Shown here piece by piece: positions 42,763 to 53,317 of a stretch of DNA of 64,000 nt. The notes below the pieces were generated by a model that saw only the letters and a program-made list of their open reading frames with translations, was not told the origin of the DNA and searched no databases. The first letter of the stretch is position 1; every line of letters starts with the position of its first letter. Origin of the DNA: an uncultured Aquiluna sp. (lineage in GTDB: Bacteria; Actinomycetota; Actinomycetes; Actinomycetales; Microbacteriaceae); the NCBI GenBank assembly GCA_964597935.1, contig CAZQZY010000001.1:19765-83764 (forward strand), given 5' to 3'. The translations under genes were made by a program, and so were the position numbers.

Positions 42763-44414
42763 TGAGAAAACTTTTCGCAGCTCTGTCACTGCTTGTGCTA
42801 ACCGGTTGTGCCGCTATTCCAACCGGATTGGATGTGAAATCGGGACCCGAAATTGCGGCCTACGAGCAACAGGAAGTCGCCTACTACACCCCATCCGGTC
42901 CAGTTCCTGGGGCATCAGCTAAAGAGATAGTCAGCGGCTTCCTAGCTGCCGGCACAGGCCCGCAAAATGACTATTCGGTTGCTAGGGAATTCCTCAGTCG
43001 AGATTTTGCCCAGCAGTGGAAACCAGACAACCAGGTTTTGATCAGAAGTGGTGCTCCAACTTTCCGCGAGGGCGGGGTTGGGCTCCAGTTGGTGGCACTT
43101 GATGTTCAGGCAAGACTGGACGAGCACGGTCGCTACACCAGCTATTCCAAGGCGGACACCACATCCCTTCGATTCAAGTTGGTCCAGGAGGATGGACAGT
43201 GGAGGATCGACTCCGCACCAAACCTGACCGTTGTTACTCCACCGGTGTTTCAGGTGGTATTCAAGCCATACAGCGTTTACTTCCTCGATTCACGCGGCAC
43301 CGAACTGGTGCCTGACCTAAGGTGGTTCCCATCTCGAACCTCGACCGGTACCAGGCTGGTAAATGCCTTGTTGGCAGGGCCATCTGAGTATCTAAATGTT
43401 GGGGTCCAAAGTGCAATCCCGGAGGGCACCAAGCTCACAATCGGAGCAGTGACTATTCAGCAGGGAATTGCTGAGGTCGACTTTGACTCGCTGGCACTCA
43501 TGGCTGACGCAATCGATCGTCGACTGATGCTCTCTCAACTTCGCGCGACGCTGCTTCAGCTCTCTGGTGTCTCCGATGTCGTGCTCAGTGTCAATAGCTC
43601 CAGGCAGGACATCATCCCGGCGGGCATTTCACCTGAGCGATCTGGTACTGAGGTGGTCTCGCTCAGAGATGCTGTCTATCGCCTAGGTAGTTCCGATGCC
43701 CTTCCGATCACTGGCACAGCGAACCTGGTGGCCTTATCAAAACCGACCATGTTGGCGGCGGCCCGATCGGGGAATTTACTGGCATTTAGCTCGCCTGCTG
43801 GCGTGGAGGTCATGTTTGGTTCGGGCATTGGTGTCCAAAGCGAACGAGTGAGCGACACTGCCCAATTGGCAGCTCTCGAGTTCGATGGCGAGGATTTACT
43901 TTGGGAGATCCCAAAGCAGTCGGGTTCTGCAGTTCGGGTTTTCGAGGGCGGGACTCAAATTGCCAGCTTGGTTTTGCCCGTTATCGGCACCAGGCTTGCC
44001 GCAGCGCTCAGCCCAGAAGGTTCGAGACTGGCTGTGATAGTCAGGACCCAGTCGGAGACCAGGCTCGAGATTTTCACAATCAACCGTGATGTTCGAAACC
44101 TGCCGGCATTTATCAACCCCGGCACCATCGTTCAAACCAGCCTGGTGGACCCCATTTCACTGACCTGGCAAACTCCGGTCACGCTCAGAATTTTGGAAAC
44201 CAATTCGCAGGGTCGAAGCTCGCTGAGTGACTACCCACTGTTCGGGCCAAAGGTTCAGTTGCCAGCCCCGCTCGTCCCTGGTAGCAAGGTCGTTGCTGGC
44301 CAGTCAGCTGGATCTAGCTATCTATTGGGACAAAATGGTGAGCTGTGGAACCTCACCGGCGGTTCTTGGCGCAGAGTCGCGAGTGAAGTGCTAGACATCG
44401 CAAAGATTCGCTAG
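42759..44414 (+). CDS. lpqB: lipoprotein LpqB
   Basis: Lipobox LTGC, LVPDLRW, LLAGPS GerMN region, SPEGSRLA propeller. Confidence 0.88.
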   Translation: MMRKLFAALSLLVLTGCAAIPTGLDVKSGPEIAAYEQQEVAYYTPSGPVPGASAKEIVSGFLAAGTGPQNDYSVAREFLSRDFAQQWKPDNQVLIRSGAPTFREGGVGLQLVALDVQARLDEHGRYTSYSKADTTSLRFKLVQEDGQWRIDSAPNLTVVTPPVFQVVFKPYSVYFLDSRGTELVPDLRWFPSRTSTGTRLVNALLAGPSEYLNVGVQSAIPEGTKLTIGAVTIQQGIAEVDFDSLALMADAIDRRLMLSQLRATLLQLSGVSDVVLSVNSSRQDIIPAGISPERSGTEVVSLRDAVYRLGSSDALPITGTANLVALSKPTMLAAARSGNLLAFSSPAGVEVMFGSGIGVQSERVSDTAQLAALEFDGEDLLWEIPKQSGSAVRVFEGGTQIASLVLPVIGTRLAAALSPEGSRLAVIVRTQSETRLEIFTINRDVRNLPAFINPGTIVQTSLVDPISLTWQTPVTLRILETNSQGRSSLSDYPLFGPKVQLPAPLVPGSKVVAGQSAGSSYLLGQNGELWNLTGGSWRRVASEVLDIAKIR

Positions 44415-44434
44415 CAGACACCCCATACCAACCC

Positions 44435-44443
44435 TTATTCACA
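44435..44443 (+). promoter_or_regulatory. DnaA-box-like 9-mer upstream of comF
   Basis: TTATTCACA fits TT(A/T)TNCACA. Confidence 0.4.
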
Positions 44444-44493
44444 ACTGTTCGAGTAGGCCACACCCTGGCAGAGGGTCATGTCAGGCTAACTCG

Positions 44494-45105
44494 ATGCTCA
44501 AGTTGCTGCTGCAGATAATCGCTCCGATTCGCTGTCTATGCTGCGCAAAGAACGCGGTGCTTTGCTGCGAGGCTCATCTCTGGGAGCCGGGTGTAGAGAT
44601 TATTCAAGGAGTCCCGGTACACAACGCTTTCCCGCTTGATGACCTGCGCCTATCAGTACTAACCGCCTTTAAAGACTCGGGCGTGACGGCGTTGGCAAAG
44701 GTTCTTGGGGTGGTCGCCAGGAGATCACTTGAACAACTGGAACTAGATAAAACCGTCATTCTCGTGATTCCACCGGTCAACAAATCGAACTATCGCAAGC
44801 GCGGGTATCACCCGGTTGCATTAGTGGCCAAGCAACTCGGCTATCGCGTGATTGAAGCGCGGACAACCAAAACTCTGCGTGACCAGCGCAAACTCACGGC
44901 ACTACAGCGAGAGGAGAACCTATCAGGCGCATTCGTCTTGCCGCCCCTGGGTGGCAAACGGGTTCTTGTTTTTGACGATGTTCTCACCACCGGGGCAACT
45001 TTGCGCGAACTGATAAGGGCATCCAAACATGCTGGTGCTGAGGTGATTGCTGGCTGTGTGCTAGCTAGGAGATTTTCAGAATTTGGCGCTACGGGTTCCA
45101 AATAG
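44494..45105 (+). CDS. comF: ComF-family phosphoribosyltransferase-like protein
   Basis: N-terminal Cys cluster, RKRGYH, DQRKL..RE.NL, VFDDVLTTGATL. Confidence 0.82.
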   Translation: MLKLLLQIIAPIRCLCCAKNAVLCCEAHLWEPGVEIIQGVPVHNAFPLDDLRLSVLTAFKDSGVTALAKVLGVVARRSLEQLELDKTVILVIPPVNKSNYRKRGYHPVALVAKQLGYRVIEARTTKTLRDQRKLTALQREENLSGAFVLPPLGGKRVLVFDDVLTTGATLRELIRASKHAGAEVIAGCVLARRFSEFGATGSK

Positions 45106-45150
45106 GCGTAGTTTGTAATCAGGGCAAAGTTGCCCCCAAGGAGGTAAAAA

Positions 45151-45756
45151 ATGGAACTTCGAATTTCAGCCAGAAACCTCAATGTCTCGGACCGATTCAA
45201 AGAATACGTATCCGAGAAGTCGGGAAAAGTTGAGCAATTTGCTCATCGCCCGCAGGAGCTAAACATCAAAGTGACTCGCCATGAACACCACGCATCGGGT
45301 CCCGAGGATCAGGTAGAGCTCACCGTGTATGAAGCCGGTCACGTGGTGCGAGCTGAAGCAAGATCAGCAGACAAGTTTGCCGCCTTCGACATTGCATTCG
45401 GAAAGCTTCTTGAACGTCTTCGCCGCTACTCCGATAAGCACAAGATTCACCGCGGTGGAGGTCACAAAAACCTTGGTGCTAGCGAGCTCGCTGCCGCGGA
45501 TTTTTCCCAGTTGGACATCAAGCCGCTGGATGTGCGAATTAGCGTCGACGAGGCTCCCGAGCCTGTGATAATCAAGTCTCCAATCGAGATCAGAACCAAA
45601 GAGTTTCCTGCGATGCCGATGACCAAAGCAGAGGCTGTAGATCACATGGAGTTGGTGGGCCACGACTTCTTCTTGTTTCAAGACTCCGAGACCGGAAAAA
45701 ACGCTGTGGTTTATCGCCGCAAGGGATATAGCTACGGCGTCATCAGCCTGACCTAA
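45151..45756 (+). CDS. hpf: ribosome hibernation promoting factor (long HPF/RaiA)
   Basis: [32 protein letters not shown]; position before secA. Confidence 0.9.
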   Translation: MELRISARNLNVSDRFKEYVSEKSGKVEQFAHRPQELNIKVTRHEHHASGPEDQVELTVYEAGHVVRAEARSADKFAAFDIAFGKLLERLRRYSDKHKIHRGGGHKNLGASELAAADFSQLDIKPLDVRISVDEAPEPVIIKSPIEIRTKEFPAMPMTKAEAVDHMELVGHDFFLFQDSETGKNAVVYRRKGYSYGVISLT

Positions 45757-45805
45757 CCCAAGGACCAGCAACTACAATTACACCCGAAACCCAAGGGAGA
45801 TCATT

Positions 45806-48442
45806 TTGGCTTCAATCCTCGACAAACTGCTGCGCGCCGGCGAAGGCAAGCTGCTCAAAAAGCTGAGCTCTATCGCGCAAAGCGTCAATGCTCTCGAGCA
45901 AAACTTCGTTGATCTGACTGACGAGGAGCTTCGCGACGAGACCAGGCAGTTCCGCGAGCGCTATGCAGCTGGTGAAACTCTGGATGATCTACTCCCTGAG
46001 GCGTTCGCAGCTGTCCGCGAGGCGGCCAAACGCACCATTGGGCTTCGTCACTTCGACGTCCAGCTGATGGGTGGAGCTGCGCTTCACCTTGGCAACATCG
46101 CGGAAATGAAGACCGGTGAAGGTAAGACCTTGGTTGCGACTACCGCTGCCTACCTAAATGCCATCCCTGGCAAGGGTGTTCACGTCGTTACCACTAACGA
46201 CTTCTTGGCCGGTTACCAGTCCGAGCTGATGGGTCGCGTTTACCGAGCTCTTGGAATGACCACCGGTTGCTTGATCTCGGGTCAGGACCCCGCGGTGCGC
46301 AAGGCTCAATACGAGTGCGACATCACATACGGAACCAACAACGAGTTTGGTTTCGATTACTTGCGCGACAACATGGCTTTGACCAAGGCTGACCTGGTGC
46401 AGCGAGGACACTTCTTTGCAATCGTTGACGAGGTTGACTCGATCCTGATCGATGAGGCGAGAACCCCGCTGATCATTTCGGGTCCAGCATCACCTGAGGT
46501 AAACCGTTGGTTCGGGGTTTTCTCCAAGCTGGTTCAGACCCTAGAGATTGATGTTGACTACGAAGTCGATGAGAAAAAGCGCACGGTAGGTGTTTTGGAG
46601 TCGGGTATCGACAAGGTTGAGGACTACCTAGGTATCACAAACCTCTACGAGAGTGCGAACACTCCACTTATTTCCTTCCTGAACAACGCAATCAGGGCCA
46701 AGGAACTATTCCGTAAAGACCGCGACTACGTCGTGGTCAACGGTGAGGTTCAAATCGTTGACGAGCACACCGGCCGCATTCTGCCGGGTCGTCGCTACAA
46801 CGAGGGTATGCATCAGGCAATCGAGGCCAAAGAGGGTGTAGCCATCAAGGCCGAGAACCAGACGCTTGCGACCATTACCCTGCAGAACTACTTCAGGATG
46901 TACGAGAAGCTCTCGGGTATGACCGGTACCGCGGAGACCGAAGCCGCAGAGTTCATGTCCACCTACAAGCTCGGCGTCGTGCCAATTCCAACCAACATGC
47001 CGATGATTCGAAAGGATCAGTCTGACCTAATCTTCAAAAATGAAGAGGTCAAGTTCCGCATGGTTGTGGAGGACATTGCCGAGCGTCACCAGACCGGTCA
47101 GCCAATCTTGGTTGGAACCACCTCGGTTGAAAAGAGCGAGTACCTCTCGAAGCTTTTGGCCAAGCGCGGCGTAAAGCACGAGGTGTTGAACGCAAAGAAC
47201 AACGCTCGAGAAGCAGCCATCGTCGCTCAGGCTGGTCGCTTTGGTGCGGTAACCGTAGCCACCAACATGGCCGGTCGCGGTACCGACATCATGCTCGGTG
47301 GAAACGCCGAGTTCCTAGCGGTAGCAGAGATGCAGAAGCTGGGACTCGATCCTGTGGAGCAGGCCGATGACTACGAGAAGGCCTGGGATGAGGTCTTTGA
47401 GAAGATCAAGTCACAGGTGGCCATTGAGGCTGAGAAGGTCTTGGCGGTTGGCGGTCTATACGTGCTTGGCACCGAGCGTCACGAGTCTCGCCGCATTGAC
47501 AACCAGTTGCGCGGTCGATCGGGTCGTCAGGGTGACCCGGGTGAATCCAGGTTCTACCTGTCCCTGACTGATGACCTAATGCGCTTGTTCAACTCGGGTG
47601 CGGCAGCTGCATTGATGAACCGATCCTCGGTTCCCGATGATTCTGTAATTGAGTCAAAGGTTGTTTCGAAGGCCATCGCCTCAGCTCAGTCGCAGGTGGA
47701 AGCTAGAAATGCTGAGATTCGCAAGAACATTCTGAAGTATGACGATGTCATGAACCGTCAGCGTGAGGCCATCTACTCAGATCGCAGACACATTCTTGAA
47801 GGCGATGATATCTCCGGCACCTTCCAGAAGTTCATGGAGCAGGTTGTGACCGAGGTAGTTCGTTCAGAGGTCACCGACACCTCGGTTGATGACTGGGATC
47901 TTCCAGGTCTATGGAACACCCTCTCGCAGATTTACCCTGTGGGTCTTGAGGTCGAAGAAGTTCTGCAGGAGGCAAGGGGTGTCTCTAAGCCTTCGGTTTC
48001 CTGGCTGGTAGAGGAGATTCTCTCTGATGCCCGAATCGCCTACGAGCGCAGAACCCAAGACGTCGGCGAGCAGGTAATGCGTGAGCTAGAGCGCCGCGTG
48101 ATGCTTTCAGTTATTGACCGCAAGTGGCGCGACCACCTCTACGAGATGGATTACCTCAAGGAGGGAATTGGTCTGCGAGCCATGGCACAGCGCGACCCAC
48201 TCGTTGAATACCAGCGTGAGGGTTACAACATGTTCTCCGACATGATGGCCGGCATTCGCGAAGAAGCAGTCCAGTTCCTGTTCAACGTCGAGATCAAGCA
48301 GACCGTGACTGAGGTTCAGCCTCAACCGATTCCAGCGGGCTTGACCATGACTGCTCCATCGGAACAGGGAACTCCGCAGCAGGTTCAGCAGAAGCCAGCT
48401 CCCAAGACCGATGGCAAGGGATCAAGCTTCTTTAGAAACTAG
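45806..48442 (+). CDS. secA: preprotein translocase subunit SecA
   Basis: [40 protein letters not shown]. Confidence 0.98.
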   Translation: MASILDKLLRAGEGKLLKKLSSIAQSVNALEQNFVDLTDEELRDETRQFRERYAAGETLDDLLPEAFAAVREAAKRTIGLRHFDVQLMGGAALHLGNIAEMKTGEGKTLVATTAAYLNAIPGKGVHVVTTNDFLAGYQSELMGRVYRALGMTTGCLISGQDPAVRKAQYECDITYGTNNEFGFDYLRDNMALTKADLVQRGHFFAIVDEVDSILIDEARTPLIISGPASPEVNRWFGVFSKLVQTLEIDVDYEVDEKKRTVGVLESGIDKVEDYLGITNLYESANTPLISFLNNAIRAKELFRKDRDYVVVNGEVQIVDEHTGRILPGRRYNEGMHQAIEAKEGVAIKAENQTLATITLQNYFRMYEKLSGMTGTAETEAAEFMSTYKLGVVPIPTNMPMIRKDQSDLIFKNEEVKFRMVVEDIAERHQTGQPILVGTTSVEKSEYLSKLLAKRGVKHEVLNAKNNAREAAIVAQAGRFGAVTVATNMAGRGTDIMLGGNAEFLAVAEMQKLGLDPVEQADDYEKAWDEVFEKIKSQVAIEAEKVLAVGGLYVLGTERHESRRIDNQLRGRSGRQGDPGESRFYLSLTDDLMRLFNSGAAAALMNRSSVPDDSVIESKVVSKAIASAQSQVEARNAEIRKNILKYDDVMNRQREAIYSDRRHILEGDDISGTFQKFMEQVVTEVVRSEVTDTSVDDWDLPGLWNTLSQIYPVGLEVEEVLQEARGVSKPSVSWLVEEILSDARIAYERRTQDVGEQVMRELERRVMLSVIDRKWRDHLYEMDYLKEGIGLRAMAQRDPLVEYQREGYNMFSDMMAGIREEAVQFLFNVEIKQTVTEVQPQPIPAGLTMTAPSEQGTPQQVQQKPAPKTDGKGSSFFRN

Positions 48443-48798
48443 ATCAGACTGAGATCGGTGATTCGATAGCGAGCGTTAATCAGTTCCGCTCGAATCGACA
48501 CCGCCTTTGTGGCTCCGCTAATACGAAGAATCACCACTCCTTGAAAGGCGTGGTGATCGGTTAGGAAGGTCTGGGTTGATCTCAGGCTGACATCTGGCCG
48601 TTGTCGCAATCCCGTGAGCGAACGTTGCCTCGCTTCGCGCTGAGCCCTTTGGCACACGTCGTAATACGTGCGATCCGATAGCCACCTAGCTAGCTGCTCT
48701 GGCCTTCTAACCCCCGCGAGAACCTCAACATACGCAGCTGAGATCTCGGCAAAGAATGGCGCTGGGTCAACGTGTTTGATAGCGACTTGGTCTGACAT
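48439..48798 (-). CDS. Rv3235-family protein
   Basis: [16 protein letters not shown] signature; convergent with secA. Confidence 0.75.
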   Translation of the reverse strand: MSDQVAIKHVDPAPFFAEISAAYVEVLAGVRRPEQLARWLSDRTYYDVCQRAQREARQRSLTGLRQRPDVSLRSTQTFLTDHHAFQGVVILRISGATKAVSIRAELINARYRITDLSLI

Positions 48799-48872
48799 AA
48801 GGCCCCCTTCTCAAAAGTCGTGGTAGCAGTTTGGCCTTAGCAAACAAATCTCAAAAGAGTCAAACCGGGGTC

Positions 48873-48919
48873 TGTGGAAAACTTTCTTTGACAGCCCTCT
48901 GGCTTCGGATTGTGGATAA
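48873..48919 (-). promoter_or_regulatory. two DnaA boxes in a divergent intergenic region
   Basis: TGTGGAAAA (48873-48881) and TGTGGATAA (48911-48919), reverse complements of TTTTCCACA and TTATCCACA. Confidence 0.6.
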
Positions 48920-48958
48920 CGGCAAGCGGCAATCTCCCCTTTTTGTCATTGTGCAGCT

Positions 48959-49537
48959 ATGGCAATTCGGATGGGGAGAAGAATCCCAAATTGGTTGATA
49001 CTCGCGGTTTCAGGAGCAGTGGTGTTGGTTGGCTTGCTCATTAGTACCCTGCTTCGACCCCTGCCCGAGTATCTGGTGGCTGCCACCGACCTCAAGCCCG
49101 GGGAGATGCTCACAGCGGAGGACTTCACCTCGGTCCCAGTTGACCTCGGCGAGCTCGATAGTTACGTAATGTCCGAGGATGTTAGCTCAGTTATAGGTGT
49201 CGAGAGGGTAGTCCGAAAGGGTGAGTTGATTGCCAAAGAAGACCTCACCACCATCATTGACCCCGAATACACAGCGATTCGAATCACACCGGAGCTCAAG
49301 CCCGCATCGGTTGCAGCGGGTGGCTTCGTATCGGTGTGGCGGGCGATTGAGCGCGAGAGTGGAACCGAGCTTGAACTCATAGTCCCGAGATCTGAAGTGT
49401 TTGAGATTAAGTATGGTGAGGGGCTTTTTGCTCAGGAGAATCCTGAGGTTGAGCTCCGACTCAAACTTGAAGAAGCCATCGCGGTGATGCACGCAATTTC
49501 ACTTGAAAATCAGATCTTTGTGGTGCCAATCGTATGA
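48959..49537 (+). CDS. SAF-domain membrane protein (CpaB-like)
   Basis: N-terminal TM, YLVAATDLKPGEMLTAEDF, VRKGELI. Confidence 0.72.
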   Translation: MAIRMGRRIPNWLILAVSGAVVLVGLLISTLLRPLPEYLVAATDLKPGEMLTAEDFTSVPVDLGELDSYVMSEDVSSVIGVERVVRKGELIAKEDLTTIIDPEYTAIRITPELKPASVAAGGFVSVWRAIERESGTELELIVPRSEVFEIKYGEGLFAQENPEVELRLKLEEAIAVMHAISLENQIFVVPIV

Positions 49538-50370
49538 CGCTGATTGATTTGGATCGAGAGCGGGAGCAGGGTATTCAAGTTCCCTCAAGAGCCACATCGA
49601 GCATCGCAATCTGGGGCCCAGCCGGAGTTGGAAAAACCAACACTTCGATAAATCTCGCCTTCGAGCTTGCCTCACTCGGTCACAAGGTTTGCCTTATTGA
49701 CGCCGCCACAAGAAGACCAGCAATTGCCCCTTGGCTGGGGATTACCCAACCGGGTCCCGGCATCCTGGGATTACTTCGAATGGCCAGGCAGGGCCGCTTT
49801 GACCGTGAACAGTTCGAGCGACTTAGTCACGAGGTGAGCTTCGAGAAGCACAGTTTGAGACTTTTATCGGGCATGACCCAACTCAATCGCTGGGCCGAGT
49901 TTGATGAACACGCAATCGCTGAGCTGCTCAGCGGAATTGAACAGCTCTGCGATGCAGTGGTCATTGATTTGGACTCTGACCTTGAAACTGGACTGGTCTC
50001 ACTGGAGTCAACCATTGAGCGAAATCAACCAACTCGGTGGTTTCTAGAAAAGTCCAGCCGGGTCGTTGCTCTAACCGGCAGTGATCCCGTCTCGGTGAAT
50101 CTTTTCTTGATGCTGGTTCGAGAATTGGACGTTGACTATCAATTGGTGGCCAACAGGGTTCGATCGAGCGTGCTTGGTCGAGATCCCTCGAGGCAACTTA
50201 GAGACACTTTCTACCAGTTGCTGGGTCGAGAGCTGCTTGGTCTACTGCCAGATGACACCTCCGCGGTTGATGCATCGATGTTCAAGGCGCAGCCACTGAT
50301 GCTTGCCGCCAAAGGCTCGAAGTTGCGGGAGTCAATACGACAATTGGCTATAGAGATGATCAAGTCCTAG
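49534..50370 (+). CDS. MinD/ParA/CpaE-like P-loop ATPase
   Basis: IAIWGPAGVGKT, VCLIDA, VVIDL, LVANRV; ATGA overlap with the SAF gene. Confidence 0.78.
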   Translation: MTLIDLDREREQGIQVPSRATSSIAIWGPAGVGKTNTSINLAFELASLGHKVCLIDAATRRPAIAPWLGITQPGPGILGLLRMARQGRFDREQFERLSHEVSFEKHSLRLLSGMTQLNRWAEFDEHAIAELLSGIEQLCDAVVIDLDSDLETGLVSLESTIERNQPTRWFLEKSSRVVALTGSDPVSVNLFLMLVRELDVDYQLVANRVRSSVLGRDPSRQLRDTFYQLLGRELLGLLPDDTSAVDASMFKAQPLMLAAKGSKLRESIRQLAIEMIKS

Positions 50371-50389
50371 CGCACTAAACTCAACAATC

Positions 50390-51805
50390 GTGAGTAAATC
50401 CGGTGGCGATAAGCAGTGGCTGAGAACGCTGATTGCTGATTGGCAGCTGATTTCTGACATGGCATTCGCCGATCTAGTGCTCTGGGTTCCACGCGGGCCA
50501 AAGCTGCAGGCATTCGCTCACGCAAGACCATCCACCGCCCCGACTCTTTTCTACCGCGACCTCACTGACTCATCACCAAAGTATGACTGGATTGAGTTGA
50601 TAGAAGCGGCCTTCTCCTCCGGGGTCCCGCAGGTGCTGGGGGAGGTAACCACTATGGATGAGTCGGCCGCAAGAATTTCCGCTTTCCCCGTCTTCTCGCC
50701 TGGTGACAAAAAACCAATCGCGGTTATTTCCAGACATACAAATCTTTCACAACCGCGTTACACAAATCGCCTTCAAATTAACTTCAATGAGTGTGCCACT
50801 CAACTTCTCGAGATGGTTTCCCGAGGGGAGTTCCCGATTCTCGAGGCCGGAACTGCTGCCAAACGTGGAGCACCAAGACCCAACGACGGGTTCATTCGTC
50901 TTGACCAGGCTGGTCGAATTCTTTTTGCCAGCCCTAATGCTCTGTCTGTTTTCAATAGAGCCGGAGTCCAGGGAGAGCTGGAGGGCAGGCTGCTTGCCGA
51001 AGAGATCACCAGCCTGCAGTCAAAGTTGGTTCAAATTGATGAGGGGCTGCCACTCGTGCTCACCGGCAAGGCGGCATGGCGCACCGACATTGAGTTTCCA
51101 GATCTGACGATTGCCGCTCGCTCAATCCCGCTAAGTAAGGGCGGAGAGCGCAGTGGTGCAATTGTTCTAACCCGTGACGTGACAGAACTTCGGGTTCGTG
51201 AACGAGAACTGATTACCAAAGATGTGACCATTCGTGAGATTCACCACAGGGTGAAGAACAACCTGCAAACCGTCGCAAGCTTGCTTCGTATCCAGTCTCG
51301 ACAAAGTGCCAGTGAAGAGGTTAAGGAATCCCTATCTCAGGCCATGCGTCGAGTCAGCGCGATTGCCGTGGTCCACGACGTATTGTCTGAGGGAATCGAT
51401 CAAGAGGTGTCTTTCGATCAGATTTTCAAGCGCATCCTGCTGCTGATTCCAGACATCGCCGGATACCACACGACCGTAAAGACGGAGTTTGTCGGATCGT
51501 TTGGTGAGATGCAAGCCGCTAGGTCCACGCCACTAGCCCTTGTCCTCACCGAGGTAGTTGCGAATGCCGTCGAGCATGGTTTGAGTGATCGAAGCGGAAC
51601 CATAACCGTCAGTGCAGAGCGTGAAAAACAAAACCTGCACATCGAAATCGTTGATAACGGTTCCGGCCTCCCCGAGGGCAAAGTGGGCTCTGGTCTTGGA
51701 ACTCAGATCATTCGCACTCTGGTGGAGTCGGAGCTTCGCGGAAAGATTAACTGGACCTCGCCAATTAGAGGCGGAACAAGAGTAGTTATTGACCTACCGG
51801 TCTAG
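50390..51805 (+). CDS. pdtaS: cytoplasmic sensor histidine kinase PdtaS
   Basis: WQLISDMAFADLVLW N-domain, PAS, EIHHRVKNNLQ (HisKA_2), DNGSG, GLG; adjacent to whiB1. Confidence 0.88.
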   Translation: MSKSGGDKQWLRTLIADWQLISDMAFADLVLWVPRGPKLQAFAHARPSTAPTLFYRDLTDSSPKYDWIELIEAAFSSGVPQVLGEVTTMDESAARISAFPVFSPGDKKPIAVISRHTNLSQPRYTNRLQINFNECATQLLEMVSRGEFPILEAGTAAKRGAPRPNDGFIRLDQAGRILFASPNALSVFNRAGVQGELEGRLLAEEITSLQSKLVQIDEGLPLVLTGKAAWRTDIEFPDLTIAARSIPLSKGGERSGAIVLTRDVTELRVRERELITKDVTIREIHHRVKNNLQTVASLLRIQSRQSASEEVKESLSQAMRRVSAIAVVHDVLSEGIDQEVSFDQIFKRILLLIPDIAGYHTTVKTEFVGSFGEMQAARSTPLALVLTEVVANAVEHGLSDRSGTITVSAEREKQNLHIEIVDNGSGLPEGKVGSGLGTQIIRTLVESELRGKINWTSPIRGGTRVVIDLPV

Positions 51806-52056
51806 CTGGCGCGACGAGCACGTGCGTAGCGACGCTTTAGAGATCTGCGCTCGTCCTCACTCAGACCACCCCAAACACCAGTGTCCTGGTTTTCTTTGAT
51901 TGCATACTCAAGGCATTGAGCCGAAACGGAGCACTGTCTGCAGATTGACTTTGCCTGCTCGATTTGCTCGAGGGCGGGTCCAGTGTTGCCTACCGGGAAG
52001 AAGAGCTCAGGGTCTTCGTTTAGGCATCGGGCCTGGTTTAGCCACTGCATATCCAT
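51802..52056 (-). CDS. whiB1: WhiB1 Fe-S transcriptional regulator
   Basis: CLNEDPELFFPVGNTGPAL.QIEQAK.IC..C, QDTGVWGGLSEDERR. Confidence 0.93.
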   Translation of the reverse strand: MDMQWLNQARCLNEDPELFFPVGNTGPALEQIEQAKSICRQCSVSAQCLEYAIKENQDTGVWGGLSEDERRSLKRRYARARRAS

Positions 52057-52169
52057 AGTGTTCTGTTATTCCTAAGGGTCGAAACAGGAGGTACCCCGGT
52101 GGGGTAAAGTCACATCTGCAACAGCCAAAATGGTTTCACACCGAAGACCAGAAATCAAGACCCAAAATT

Positions 52170-52550
52170 GTGAGTATGAACAAGAAACTAATCGCCGCAA
52201 TCGCCATATTGGCGCTGGAATCTTTGGCGTTGATAGTGGTTACACTTTGGTCGCTTTTGGCAATTCTGCAGGGCAATACCTTCTCACTTACCAGTTCGCT
52301 TTTCCTCTTGGGACTGCTGGCTGCAGCATCGCTTTGGGCTGGCAACATCACCTACGGTCTAATCAAACGCAAGCGTTGGTCACACACCGCAGCGATGGTG
52401 CTGCAGCTTCTTATTGCCTCGATAGCTACCGCAAGTTTTTCGGGTGAATTTGCATCCCCTGTAATTGGGTGGTCACTACTAATCCCAGCCGCGCTCAGCT
52501 TCTACCTGCTGTTCTCCAGGTCGGTGAGGGTCGAGTTCGGTAAGGACTAA
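52170..52550 (+). CDS. hypothetical membrane protein (about 4 TM)
   Basis: Hydrophobic ORF with RWSH..A..LQLL motif; divergent from whiB1. Confidence 0.7.
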   Translation: MSMNKKLIAAIAILALESLALIVVTLWSLLAILQGNTFSLTSSLFLLGLLAAASLWAGNITYGLIKRKRWSHTAAMVLQLLIASIATASFSGEFASPVIGWSLLIPAALSFYLLFSRSVRVEFGKD

Positions 52551-53020
52551 CCGATTCGCTTCAGCAGCATATTGGTGTGACCAGTTGCCTTGACGTTGTA
52601 CATCGCGTCCGAGACCACACCCCTCTCGTCGATCAAAATCGTTGATCTGAGAGCGCCTTTGTAAATGCGTCCGTAGAGCGACTTCTCACCGTATGCGCCG
52701 TATGCGCGGTGAGCCTCCATGTTCTCATCGCTTAGTAGTTTGAAAGTTAGCTCGTGGGCGTCTTCGAAGCTTTTCAGCTTTTTCACGCTGTCTGGCGAGA
52801 CTCCAACAATCTGGTAGCCCTTAGCCACAAACTGAGGTAGGGCGTCTTGAAAATCTGCCGCCTCTTTGGTGCATCCCGGGCTTCCTGCCGCTGGGTAAAA
52901 GTAGAGCACCGTTTTAGTGCCGAAGAGGTCCTTTAGGGACACCGACTTGCCGTCTTGATCCAGCAGTTTGAAGTCAGGAGCTTGGGCTCCAGGAACCAAT
53001 CGCTGCACTTCGTTGGACAT
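52547..53020 (-). CDS. bcp: peroxiredoxin BCP/PrxQ, single Cys
   Basis: YFYPAAGSPGCTKEAADF, GVSPD, YGAYGEK, RST. Confidence 0.88.
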   Translation of the reverse strand: MSNEVQRLVPGAQAPDFKLLDQDGKSVSLKDLFGTKTVLYFYPAAGSPGCTKEAADFQDALPQFVAKGYQIVGVSPDSVKKLKSFEDAHELTFKLLSDENMEAHRAYGAYGEKSLYGRIYKGALRSTILIDERGVVSDAMYNVKATGHTNMLLKRIG

Positions 53021-53111
53021 TCACACCCCAAGGTTGATTTATAGAAACATTATTCAACCAATTGGGTTACAGACTGGGAGTTCGCCATTAGCGTTTGCCA
53101 AAAAAAGTTCA

Positions 53112-53140
53112 TTGCAGGGGTCGGTTTGAGCTGCTAGGAT
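53112..53140 (+). promoter_or_regulatory. sigma-A-like promoter of tRNA-Lys
   Basis: TTGCAG-N17-TAGGAT. Confidence 0.55.
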
Positions 53141-53151
53141 TTCCCCTCGTT

Positions 53152-53224
53152 GCGCCTCTAGCTCAATCGGCAGAGCAACTGACTCTTAATCAGTGGGTTC
53201 TGGGTTCAAGTCCCAGGGGGCGCA
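53152..53224 (+). tRNA. tRNA-Lys (CTT); CCA not encoded
   Basis: Acceptor GCGCCTC/GGGGCGC, D arm GCTC..GAGC, anticodon arm ACTGA-CTCTTAA-TCAGT, T arm CTGGG-TTCAAGT-CCCAG. Confidence 0.96.
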
Positions 53225-53317
53225 CTTCTCATTTAATCCTCAGCCGATTCAGATCCCTTCTCTTGGCCATGTGAGTCATGTTTGCGTATTTTTGTCTAGC
53301 CCCCCTAGACTAAGTCC

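Noticed and set aside
48799-48958. oriC
   Set aside because: Only two boxes, no AT-rich unwinding element, and no dnaA/dnaN nearby
52057-52169. CRP site upstream of whiB1, and an AGGAGG-preceded GTG-GGG-TAA mini-ORF
   Set aside because: Only isolated TCACA half-sites are present; the two-codon ORF is on the opposite strand to whiB1 and is plausibly chance
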